Shown: positions 50,134 to 58,756 of the stretch, in pieces | How the letters are laid out: each line of letters begins with the position of its first letter | Position numbering within the stretch: position 1 is the stretch's first letter | Virus record (IMG/VR): IMGVR_UViG_3300032007_000009 | DNA length: 64,000 bases | Strand: one strand, 5' to 3' | From: a virus | Taxonomy: Duplodnaviria; Caudoviricetes | Translations under genes and position numbers: made by a program | The notes under the pieces: model-generated | The model's input: the letters and a program-made list of their open reading frames with translations, nothing else | Databases searched by the model: none | Told to the model about the DNA's origin: nothing

Positions 50134-50601
50134 ATGAAAAGATATTCAGAGTTATTTGAAAATAAAGACGATATTAAACATTACGTAGATGGTATTTTAG
50201 TATCTGAGGATAATAGAATACTAATTTTACGTCGTGCTAATTATATGAAGTTATTTGGTGGTTGTTGGGGATTTGTTGGTGGCTCTATAGATAAAAAAGA
50301 TAAAGATAGTAAATCTGCTATTATAAGAGAAATTAAAGAAGAGACAGGTTTAGAACTAACATTTAACGAACAACAAAAAATGAAATCTATAGATAAACAA
50401 GGACATGAAAAAGAAGATGGTTCAATAGGTTCTGATACAGAATATTGGTTAATCCAATTAGAAACAACTCCAGATATTAAAATATCTCGTGAACATTCAA
50501 AATATGAATGGGTTGGACCTGAAGAAATAAAAGAACGTAATCGTAAATTTATGTCAGATGTTTTTCATTACATACAAAAATATTTTAACGGTGATTTGTA
50601 A
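50134..50601 (+). CDS. NUDIX hydrolase
   Basis: GG..D...SAIIREIKEETGL Nudix box; ISREHSKYEWV. Confidence 0.9.
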   Translation: MKRYSELFENKDDIKHYVDGILVSEDNRILILRRANYMKLFGGCWGFVGGSIDKKDKDSKSAIIREIKEETGLELTFNEQQKMKSIDKQGHEKEDGSIGSDTEYWLIQLETTPDIKISREHSKYEWVGPEEIKERNRKFMSDVFHYIQKYFNGDL

Positions 50602-51266
50602 TGCCAATTATACATAAACCTGAACAAACAACATTAGGACACGTTTTTGATCTTAAGTCATTAGATAAGAAGGTATATACAGATGAAGAAATTAAATCTT
50701 TCAGATTGGATGAATCAATAAATAATCATCCATTAGCAAGAAAACCAACCTCTATAAGATCTAAATTAGCGTATAAAGAAATATTAAGAAACTTAAAACC
50801 AACAAAGAAATATGTATTACCTGGACAGGTAGTATTATTTAATTATTCACAACCAAAATTTAAGGAAGAACTTGAATATTATGATAATTATCCATTTTGT
50901 ATAAGTTTTGGTATTATAAGAACTGAAGATGGTAATATTCGTGAATGCATGTTAAATCTCCATTATTATCCCCCATTTACAAGAGCACGAATATTACAAC
51001 AAGTATTTACACATTTTAGACCATATTTTGAAAAATATTTTAATGAAGCAGGTACAAAACCAAATACTGTTATGTCTTATTCAATGTTAAAACATTTACT
51101 TAAGGTTAATCAGAAAATTGCATTTGGAACAAAAATGTATATTCCTGTACTTAGAGGTATTACATATAATATTCCTTCAAGGTTATTCCCAACAGCCTTT
51201 TACACAGAAGGTAAATTTAGTAAAGCAACATTACAACAAATATATCATTTTTGGAGACAATTTTAA
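50601..51266 (+). CDS. DNA end protector protein (T4 gp2-like)
   Basis: PGQVVLFNYSQPKFKEELEYYDNYP...LNLHYYPP..RA. Confidence 0.75.
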   Translation: MPIIHKPEQTTLGHVFDLKSLDKKVYTDEEIKSFRLDESINNHPLARKPTSIRSKLAYKEILRNLKPTKKYVLPGQVVLFNYSQPKFKEELEYYDNYPFCISFGIIRTEDGNIRECMLNLHYYPPFTRARILQQVFTHFRPYFEKYFNEAGTKPNTVMSYSMLKHLLKVNQKIAFGTKMYIPVLRGITYNIPSRLFPTAFYTEGKFSKATLQQIYHFWRQF

Positions 51267-51268
51267 TT

Positions 51269-52030
51269 ATGAAATACTTAAAACTTTTTTCAACACAAAC
51301 TCAATATCAATCATATATAAAAAATAATTGGATATCTCCACATATCTATAAAATACAAGAAAATAAAAATGTTGATTATGAAGATAAATATATACCACTT
51401 GAATACATAAGTAGTACTCAAACAGGTGGACAGTATATTGATTTAGGATGTCATTTAATGGAAAACACTGACGATATTAAAATTGATATTAAATTTAATA
51501 TTAAAGGTGTAGGTAAATCATCTTCAGGTGGCGATCCTAATTTGGCAACATTAATTTCATCACAACCAGAAGTTAGTCCATGGCCAGGATTTATATTGAG
51601 ACGTCAAGCGGTGGATAATTATAGAATTCATTTACAAACAAAATGGCAGTTTACAAATTCTGCAAAACGAGTTGGTGATGCTAAATATGATTCTAAATAT
51701 TTATCATATGTACAATCTGCTAATAATTGGATAAGTGTTGATTATCCAGGTATATATGAGTTTACAGAAATATTAGATAACATACCACAATCACAAGTCA
51801 ATGATTGTACATGTACATTATTCTGTGCATTAGATAGTTCAAATAATCCTTTTAGATATTGTTATGCTGATTTATATTATTTGAAATTTACAAAGGGAGA
51901 AACTGTTGTAAGAGATTTAGTTCCTGTTTTAAATAAACGTAATATTCCTGGTTTATATGACAAAGTAAATAAAAAATTCTATCCATCACAAGGAGATACA
52001 AATTTTGTAGCTGGTCCTATAAAATCATAA
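51269..52030 (+). CDS. putative lectin-like (beta-sandwich) accessory virion protein (start reassigned to ATG 51269)
   Basis: LEYISS..GQYIDLG ... VRDLVPV....PGLYDKVNKKFY....NFVAGP, a motif set seen in tail-associated proteins. Confidence 0.55.
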   Translation: MKYLKLFSTQTQYQSYIKNNWISPHIYKIQENKNVDYEDKYIPLEYISSTQTGGQYIDLGCHLMENTDDIKIDIKFNIKGVGKSSSGGDPNLATLISSQPEVSPWPGFILRRQAVDNYRIHLQTKWQFTNSAKRVGDAKYDSKYLSYVQSANNWISVDYPGIYEFTEILDNIPQSQVNDCTCTLFCALDSSNNPFRYCYADLYYLKFTKGETVVRDLVPVLNKRNIPGLYDKVNKKFYPSQGDTNFVAGPIKS

Positions 52031-52036
52031 ATAAAT

Positions 52037-52065
52037 TTTATTTTTATAAAATACTTATATAAATA
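52037..52065 (+). promoter_or_regulatory. late-promoter candidate (TTTATTTTTA plus TATAAATA)
   Basis: directly upstream of five consecutive tagged genes. Confidence 0.45.
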
Positions 52066-52073
52066 ATGAATAT

Positions 52074-52664
52074 ATGAAAGATTTAAGAACATTTATATAT
52101 GAATCATCTAATGAATTAATATCAATGATTAAAAGAATGATGGGTTCAGTTGATTATAATAAATTGCAATCGTGTTCTGAGCAAGATCAAGATAAATTTG
52201 ATAAACAAAAAGAAAATGAACTTTTAATTACAAAAGATTTTAATGAAGGTGATTTTACAATTATTGGAACTACTGAATATTATTCAAAAGTAAAAGATGG
52301 TGATTTTAATAAATTAAGTATAAAAGAAAAAAGTAAATTTAATACTCAAAATGGCGACTTAATTATTATGAAAAATGATAAACCAGTTTATTTTATTGAT
52401 GTTAAGATATCTGATAAATATTTAGGAACAATATCATTAGGATCATTAGTTAATTTCAATAAGGACGGATATTATCTTTTAATTTGTAAAACTGGTAAAT
52501 TCTTTAAAGTAATATCACATAAAGAAGTGGAAGATGCCGTTAAAAATAATAAACTTAATTTAAATGCTCCTGTTGATTCATATAAAGGATATGATGTAAA
52601 ATGGGAAGGTGAAGATATGACATCTGAATGGTTTATTAAAGGAAATGATCTTAGAAAAATATAA
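52074..52664 (+). CDS. tagged protein with PD-(D/E)XK nuclease-like motif
   Basis: MKDLRTFIYE; NGDLII...YFIDVKIS. Confidence 0.5.
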   Translation: MKDLRTFIYESSNELISMIKRMMGSVDYNKLQSCSEQDQDKFDKQKENELLITKDFNEGDFTIIGTTEYYSKVKDGDFNKLSIKEKSKFNTQNGDLIIMKNDKPVYFIDVKISDKYLGTISLGSLVNFNKDGYYLLICKTGKFFKVISHKEVEDAVKNNKLNLNAPVDSYKGYDVKWEGEDMTSEWFIKGNDLRKI

Positions 52665-52672
52665 TTATAATT

Positions 52673-53728
52673 ATGAAAAGATTTAGTCAAATAAATGAAG
52701 TATGTGCTACATCTTCAAAAAATCCTGGAAATTTATTAGTCAATACAGGAGTAACTAATCATTATACACCTATTCAAAATATATTAACAAATATTAAAAA
52801 TCTTTATTGTGTACAATTAGGTATTGTTGCAGATCAAGGTGAAGATGGAGTTTCTATTAAGTTAACTAGTTCATTATTTACAAATGAGCGTAAGGTTAAT
52901 GAATTATTATATACATGTCTTTATAATGATGTCAATTTTGAACAGTCTTCATTAGCTGCATATATACAAGCACAAGGATTAACTAAAATAACTAATGTTA
53001 ATATTGGAGGATATATTATTGTTTATTTTTCACCTGATGATATATCTACTGCAGAAGATCCATATTCAATGTGTAAATCATGTTGTCCAACTCCTGAAGA
53101 AGCTTGTGAATCAATTTTAGATGAATTTGAAATTACATCTATGATTAAAGAAGATGATGGTGAGGAAGAAGTAAAGAATATAACTTTAGAAAAAATAATG
53201 GAACTTATTGATTCTAAAGATAAAGTTAAAGCTGCTAAACAATTAGAATTATTAGTATCTCAAGAAATTAGTTTACCACGTGAATTTTATTTTGCTGCTA
53301 TTAAATTTAAGACTGATGACGAAGCAATAGCATTACGTTGGAAATATACTAAGAAGCTTCCTGGGGGTAAATCAACAGAAAATACTCGTTCAATTCTTCA
53401 TATATTTGGTAAAGGAGATGAAGGAATATGGGTACAAGATTTTGCTGAAGATTCTATTGTTACATTACCTGATGAAGTTAAGAAACTTATTGAATCAGTA
53501 TTAGATTTATTAGAAGCTAAAGAAACTGATGACCCTTCAATCTTTAAACTTGATGGTGAACGTAGAGAACGTAAGGATGATGAAGATGATAAAGATAAGG
53601 ATGATGACAATAAAGACGATAAAAATAAAGACAATAATAAAGAAGAAAAGAAAGATAAGAAGACTGATGATAATGATGACGATGGTGAAGATGATTCTTC
53701 TCGTGGTGATGATACAGATCTTCTTTAA
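52673..53728 (+). CDS. tagged internal/core-like protein with D/K-rich tail
   Basis: MKRFSQINE; low-complexity DDEDDKDKDDD C-terminus. Confidence 0.6.
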   Translation: MKRFSQINEVCATSSKNPGNLLVNTGVTNHYTPIQNILTNIKNLYCVQLGIVADQGEDGVSIKLTSSLFTNERKVNELLYTCLYNDVNFEQSSLAAYIQAQGLTKITNVNIGGYIIVYFSPDDISTAEDPYSMCKSCCPTPEEACESILDEFEITSMIKEDDGEEEVKNITLEKIMELIDSKDKVKAAKQLELLVSQEISLPREFYFAAIKFKTDDEAIALRWKYTKKLPGGKSTENTRSILHIFGKGDEGIWVQDFAEDSIVTLPDEVKKLIESVLDLLEAKETDDPSIFKLDGERRERKDDEDDKDKDDDNKDDKNKDNNKEEKKDKKTDDNDDDGEDDSSRGDDTDLL

Positions 53729-53741
53729 TTAAATATAAATT

Positions 53742-54101
53742 ATGAAAGATATTCGTATATTCTTGGAAGGTAAGACTATTGATGAAGTAACAATAAAAGA
53801 TATCAAAATAAAAAAAGAAGTTGATGTTGTATATTATTGCTATGATAAAGAATCATTAGATAAAGTTTCAAAACAATATGAACATGTTGGTAAGTATTGG
53901 ATAGATAAAGGTTTCTTCCTTGCAACATTAAAGAATAAATCAACATGGGTTGTTAATATGGATAAAGAATTTCATATGCATACTTGGAGACCTAATGCTG
54001 ATTTTATTGAATATAATGATAATGAAGAAGAATATACATATAAAGAACTTCTTGAATTACTTGAAAAAGGAGAAACAATGCTAGTTGTGATTAATAAATA
54101 A
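53742..54101 (+). CDS. putative tagged internal head protein
   Basis: MKDIRIFLE N-term. Confidence 0.55.
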   Translation: MKDIRIFLEGKTIDEVTIKDIKIKKEVDVVYYCYDKESLDKVSKQYEHVGKYWIDKGFFLATLKNKSTWVVNMDKEFHMHTWRPNADFIEYNDNEEEYTYKELLELLEKGETMLVVINK

Positions 54102-54118
54102 TATATATAAATAAAATT

Positions 54119-54661
54119 ATGAAAAAATTAAATGAATACATATCAATTAACGAAGGTGTAAAATTACCTGATGATAAACTTAATATCATTGAAAAATTTT
54201 TAAATGATGAAAATAGATATGACTTTAATAAAACTATTGTTTGTGATGTATTAAATCAGTTTGATAATGTAGCAACAGAAATTATTGCAGATATTGCGGG
54301 ATATTTAGTTGAAGCATACATTTGGGATCAAATGCATAAACTTATTACTAATAAAGAATTTTGTGATGTATGGTTTGATGGTAATAATAAGAGTAGTGAA
54401 GAATTTAAATTAAGTCCTTTGGCAAGACGAAACAATAAAGATAATAATGGATCTGCAATATATTGGGATTTTACTATTAATGGAATAGATGAAAAATTTG
54501 AAATTAAAGCACGTTCAACAAAAGAAGGTAAGAAAAATGGTGGATATCGTTTTACTGTAAATCAATCATCAGATAAAAATTTGATTTATATTTTAGTTGA
54601 ATATTCAATATCTGGAGATGAAATTAATATAGGAAATATTAAAATAACAAGAAAATTATAA
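54119..54661 (+). CDS. tagged restriction-endonuclease-like (PD-(D/E)XK, DUF3883-like) protein
   Basis: MKKLNEYISINE; GYLVE...YWDF...FEIKA...FTVNQ. Confidence 0.55.
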   Translation: MKKLNEYISINEGVKLPDDKLNIIEKFLNDENRYDFNKTIVCDVLNQFDNVATEIIADIAGYLVEAYIWDQMHKLITNKEFCDVWFDGNNKSSEEFKLSPLARRNNKDNNGSAIYWDFTINGIDEKFEIKARSTKEGKKNGGYRFTVNQSSDKNLIYILVEYSISGDEINIGNIKITRKL

Positions 54662-54679
54662 ATATATAAAACGACATAA

Positions 54680-54880
54680 ATGAAATCATTAGAAGAATTT
54701 GTTATTGAATCGGAAAAACAAAATGAAGATGTATTTGTTGTTTATTTTGGAGATGGTGTAATGGAAAATTTCTATTATACTGAAGATGAAGCAAAAGCTA
54801 AAGTCGAAGAATTAAATAAAGAAAATTCTGATGCAAAGGCTTCATATAAAAAAGAATCAAAATCAAAAATTGAAAAATAA
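54680..54880 (+). CDS. small tagged internal protein
   Basis: MKSLEEFVIE N-term. Confidence 0.6.
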   Translation: MKSLEEFVIESEKQNEDVFVVYFGDGVMENFYYTEDEAKAKVEELNKENSDAKASYKKESKSKIEK

Positions 54881-54904
54881 AATATTTAATATAATATATA
54901 GTTA

Positions 54905-54936
54905 AGTAGGATATCATTGAGATATCCTACTATTTG
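54905..54936 (+). terminator. terminator ending the tagged-gene operon
   Basis: agtaggatatc-attga-gatatcctact. Confidence 0.75.
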
Positions 54937-55015
54937 TTTATATATTTGTTTATAACATATTGAATTATTTAAATAATTATTTCTATATTAAAACTGTTAA
55001 TTAATATTAATAATT

Positions 55016-55483
55016 ATGAAAGTATTTAGATTAAGACATAAAAAATATAAAGGAGATGTTGTTTTTGGTCTTCCTTCACCTTATAATGAAAGTGTAGGTG
55101 AAAAAAAGATTAATGAATTATTTAGTAAGATGAAACCATGGATGCATGCTGTACCTTATTATAAGAAAAGTAAATTTAGTTTTGTTTCATCTAATGCAAT
55201 ATTAACATTTTTAAATAATGGTAAGTTTACTGAAGAAGAATTGAATGATGTAAATAATAGTTTCTATGTTGAAATATATGAAGTAGAGATTTGGAGTGCA
55301 GGATTATCTAAATTTTTATGTACATATTTTGATGATGAAATAATTCCTGATACATATGATACTATTACTATAAAAGAATTAATTAATTGGACATATAAAA
55401 CTGTTTATCAGGATCCAGTTCCAAAAGCAGATATTAACTTGAGTAAAACATCATATTATTCAGATGTTAAATTGTATTATTAA
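55016..55483 (+). CDS. hypothetical protein
   Basis: 155 aa; CTATATT upstream. Confidence 0.75.
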   Translation: MKVFRLRHKKYKGDVVFGLPSPYNESVGEKKINELFSKMKPWMHAVPYYKKSKFSFVSSNAILTFLNNGKFTEEELNDVNNSFYVEIYEVEIWSAGLSKFLCTYFDDEIIPDTYDTITIKELINWTYKTVYQDPVPKADINLSKTSYYSDVKLYY

Positions 55484-55531
55484 TTTAATGATTATTATTT
55501 AAATTATAATTATAAATTTAATTTTTAAACT

Positions 55532-56011
55532 ATGAAATTTGGAAAAGATTTTTTGTTTAAAGAGTTAGTTAACACATTTGCGTATACTACAGCAACTCAA
55601 AATAGAGATGTATATACAGATGTAAGTATTAATGGTAGACGTTATACAAAATACGGTACATTGCAAGCTGTAACCTTTGTAGGTAATTTGTATAAGACTG
55701 GAGTTAAGGGTGATGGTTATCTTAAGGAAGATGGCGCTCCAGTAAATAAAAATGAAAAGTATGTATTGTCAATTGGTATGTCTAAACAGCATCCTTGCGA
55801 TACAAAGGTAAATAAAGAGTTAGGATATGAAATGGCAATGATGAATGCACTTAATAATCCTATCATTTTAATTGAAATTAATGATAAGTTTACTTATCGT
55901 CGTTTCAGAAATATTGTGGAAGATTATTTAAACACAATAAAACTAGAATTTATTAAAACAAAGCAAGAAATAATTGCTGAGGGTGGAAATCCTAAAAAAT
56001 ATAATAGATAA
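55532..56011 (+). CDS. conserved phage hypothetical protein
   Basis: GMSKQHPCD..NKELGYEMA, related to the motif in 18065. Confidence 0.75.
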   Translation: MKFGKDFLFKELVNTFAYTTATQNRDVYTDVSINGRRYTKYGTLQAVTFVGNLYKTGVKGDGYLKEDGAPVNKNEKYVLSIGMSKQHPCDTKVNKELGYEMAMMNALNNPIILIEINDKFTYRRFRNIVEDYLNTIKLEFIKTKQEIIAEGGNPKKYNR

Positions 56012-56018
56012 TAGTTAT

Positions 56019-56046
56019 AGACCTAATTTTATATTAGGTCTTTTTT
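56019..56046 (+). terminator. intrinsic terminator
   Basis: agacctaat-tttat-attaggtct followed by T-run. Confidence 0.8.
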
Positions 56047-56104
56047 AATATTTTTACAGAGTAAAACTATATTACAAAATATAAAAATATATGATATATA
56101 ATTA

Positions 56105-56866
56105 ATGAAAATTTTTAATGCATTTGGAATAATACCAACTAATACTTATTCATCAGCTGGTTCTGATTATTATATTCCTAATTTGAAAGATGAAAAGGAA
56201 ATCGAAGTAGCACTTAAGGCATTTGAAAAATCTTACGGAAAGACAACAGAAGAAATTGCTGAGATATACAATGAATTTAAAAAGACTTATGATCATATTG
56301 AAGAAGCTGCAAACTTAACTCATTTATTCTTAGCAACATATAATAAACAACTTGAGGCATTCAAGAAAAATAGTCTTGAAAGAGCAGTAACATTCTTTAT
56401 TAATAATTATGTAGTATATGATGTTAAGAAACATGTTGTAGGTATTGCAATGAAATTAAACGATACTTTGTTTATTAATTCAGGTGTTAAAGTTGCACTT
56501 ACTACTGCTTGGAATAATCATGGACCTAATACCGATAATTTATTAAAACTATTAGAAGCATTGGGTATTGGTATTTCAGGTTTATATGTAAATAAATCAG
56601 GTTGTGGTAATCGTGGATGGGATGTTCGCGCATGTTTGGTTGATGAAGATTATGCAGGATATGTACATCTTTCACAGTCATATACAAAGGATTTATTAGA
56701 TGAAGGACAAAATATTATTTATTGTGGTGATAAGTTAGTACAAATGATGCTTATTCCAATTATTCATACAAAATATGTTGATTCTACTGAAGCTGAATAT
56801 AATAAAATCATGGAAAATTCAAAACGTGGAGATTCAGGATTTGGTAGTTCAGATGTAAAACATTAA
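56105..56866 (+). CDS. dut: trimeric dUTPase with large insertion
   Basis: SAGSD, NKSG, LVDEDYAG, GDKLVQ, RGDSGFGSS. Confidence 0.85.
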   Translation: MKIFNAFGIIPTNTYSSAGSDYYIPNLKDEKEIEVALKAFEKSYGKTTEEIAEIYNEFKKTYDHIEEAANLTHLFLATYNKQLEAFKKNSLERAVTFFINNYVVYDVKKHVVGIAMKLNDTLFINSGVKVALTTAWNNHGPNTDNLLKLLEALGIGISGLYVNKSGCGNRGWDVRACLVDEDYAGYVHLSQSYTKDLLDEGQNIIYCGDKLVQMMLIPIIHTKYVDSTEAEYNKIMENSKRGDSGFGSSDVKH

Positions 56867-56876
56867 TATTCAAACA

Positions 56877-57281
56877 ATGCAAAAAATTGAATGTACAGTT
56901 AAAGATATTCCACAAGAAATAATGTGGAGTGATTTATTTGAATTTAGACTTAAAACAGGTGATATAAGATTTACTGAATGTGTAAATAATGTTGCATTTG
57001 GAAATAATAAAAATACAATATATATATCATTTATTGATTGGGGTGATGATTATCATATTATTGAACATATAAAACAAGAAAATTTTAATGATGGAATTGA
57101 AATTGCTTTAGCTGATAGATGTGGTTCAGTTGTTGCATTATTTGAATTTAATGATTGTATTATTAAAGATATTGCTTCAATTATTCTTGATTATTGTGGA
57201 AATTATAAAACACCAAAAAATCGTTATATTGCTTCAATTGAATATAATAAAGTTTATAAAATAAAACCAGATGAAGAATGA
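56877..57281 (+). CDS. hypothetical protein, weak tail-tube (gp19)-like C-terminal motif
   Basis: LADRCGSVVALFEFNDCII...LDY. Confidence 0.55.
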   Translation: MQKIECTVKDIPQEIMWSDLFEFRLKTGDIRFTECVNNVAFGNNKNTIYISFIDWGDDYHIIEHIKQENFNDGIEIALADRCGSVVALFEFNDCIIKDIASIILDYCGNYKTPKNRYIASIEYNKVYKIKPDEE

Positions 57282-57451
57282 TTACTCCAGGATTGTTATC
57301 AGAATTATATGATAAAGCAAAAGTCAATTATGAATTAGCAGAGAATGATTATTTATCAACAGATGATATTGATTATTTGAAAGAGATGTGTGTTCATTCA
57401 GGAGAAATGCTTGCATACGGAAAATTATTAGAAATGTTAATACATGAATAA
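57278..57451 (+). CDS. small hypothetical protein (57 aa), not in ORF track
   Basis: ATGA-coupled, MITPGLLSELYDKAK..., overlaps the next start. Confidence 0.6.
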   Translation: MITPGLLSELYDKAKVNYELAENDYLSTDDIDYLKEMCVHSGEMLAYGKLLEMLIHE

Positions 57452-57773
57452 GAAGAAAATTTATATATCATTACCTATTGCTTTTCAAGAAGATACTGTT
57501 TATGATAGAAATAATCAAGCTAAAGAATATCTTCAAAGAAAATATAGAAAATATGAATGGGTATCTCCAATAGATTCCAATCATATTGATGATGAAGCAT
57601 TGGGAAATCATTTAGCTATTGAACGTACTGCATATTATATGGGTAAAGATATTGAACAAGTAATTCTTTGTGATGCAATACTTATGTGTCCTGGATGGGA
57701 AAATTCAAAGGGATGTAAATGTGAGAAATATGTTGCTGAAACTTACGGTAAAGAAGTATTATATATGAAATAG
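57444..57773 (+). CDS. DUF4406 family (deoxyribosyltransferase-like fold) protein
   Basis: KIYISLPI...CDAILMCPGWENSKGCKCE. Confidence 0.8.
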   Translation: MNKKKIYISLPIAFQEDTVYDRNNQAKEYLQRKYRKYEWVSPIDSNHIDDEALGNHLAIERTAYYMGKDIEQVILCDAILMCPGWENSKGCKCEKYVAETYGKEVLYMK

Positions 57774-57774
57774 A

Positions 57775-57802
57775 AAATGGGAAGTTTTAAAGCTTCCCAT
57801 TT
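57775..57802. terminator. bidirectional terminator
   Basis: aaatgggaagt-tttaa-agcttcccattt. Confidence 0.75.
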
Positions 57803-57803
57803 G

Positions 57804-58103
57804 TTATGGTAATATATCAGTTAAATAACACCACTTATCTTGATCTGTTAATTTTTTTCTATTATTATCAGCAGTATATTCACCATCATTCATATAATCT
57901 GCAATTTTGACATTATTATATTTATCATAGTGCTTCTTATTATTAATTTCTCCACCAACAATAATAATTATAGGTATAATTTTATTATATTCTTTATCAC
58001 CAGGTTTAATAAATGATGAATCTTCTGGTAATTCAGAACCATTATGCCATAAATTTTTAGTATCAATTTTTGATTCTAAAATAAATTCATTAATATTTTT
58101 CAT
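57804..58103 (-). CDS. putative tagged internal head protein
   Basis: MKNINEFILE; LWH...ELP...KWCYLTDILP. Confidence 0.65.
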   Translation of the reverse strand: MKNINEFILESKIDTKNLWHNGSELPEDSSFIKPGDKEYNKIIPIIIIVGGEINNKKHYDKYNNVKIADYMNDGEYTADNNRKKLTDQDKWCYLTDILP

Positions 58104-58126
58104 GTATTTCGTAAAAATATATTTTA

Positions 58127-58531
58127 TTAAAAATTATTTGAAACTAATAAGAATGATGTATCATCTCCTTCTGTTGAACTTCCATTAATAATTATTACAT
58201 CTTTAAAATTAAATTTAAATATTTCAAATTCTGGTTCATCTTCATCTTCACCAATTGGAATATAATTTCCATCTTCCCAATAATCATTATCTGACATCCA
58301 TTCAGAAAAATCTCCAGTTACCATTGCAGATTCCCCATATGAAAATGTTAAATTTGTATCTACATTTTCAAATATTTCATTTATATCACTATTCTTTATT
58401 TTTTTATAAAAATTTTTAACTAATTTTTTTGCTTCTTCAAATGAAACATTTGTATTATCAAAATCAATATTTTTTAAGATTTTTGATAATTCATTTTTAT
58501 TTTCTAAAATAAACTCTTTTAAGTTTTTCAT
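58127..58531 (-). CDS. putative tagged internal head protein
   Basis: MKNLKEFILE; TTTATTTTTAAATATAAATA upstream. Confidence 0.65.
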   Translation of the reverse strand: MKNLKEFILENKNELSKILKNIDFDNTNVSFEEAKKLVKNFYKKIKNSDINEIFENVDTNLTFSYGESAMVTGDFSEWMSDNDYWEDGNYIPIGEDEDEPEFEIFKFNFKDVIIINGSSTEGDDTSFLLVSNNF

Positions 58532-58648
58532 ATTATTATTTTATTTATTTATATTTAAAAATAAATTAAACAAACAAATATATACTATTAAATTTGAATT
58601 TTTTAAATAATATGCATTAACTTACTATATTATAATATAATTTTATTG

Positions 58649-58729
58649 AAGCCGGCATACTAGAAATAGTCACTGCGACAGTCGGGCATATTTTTTTTAC
58701 TTATGTAGAAAAAGTATGTCCGATTTTTT
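58649..58729 (+). ncRNA. candidate structured leader/small RNA overlapping a terminator
   Basis: GC-rich island after a CTATATT promoter; ACUA-GAAA-UAGU hairpin; terminator tcgggcata...tatgtccga-tttttt. Confidence 0.4.
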
Positions 58730-58756
58730 ATGTTTAAAAATATATGATTTTTTATT

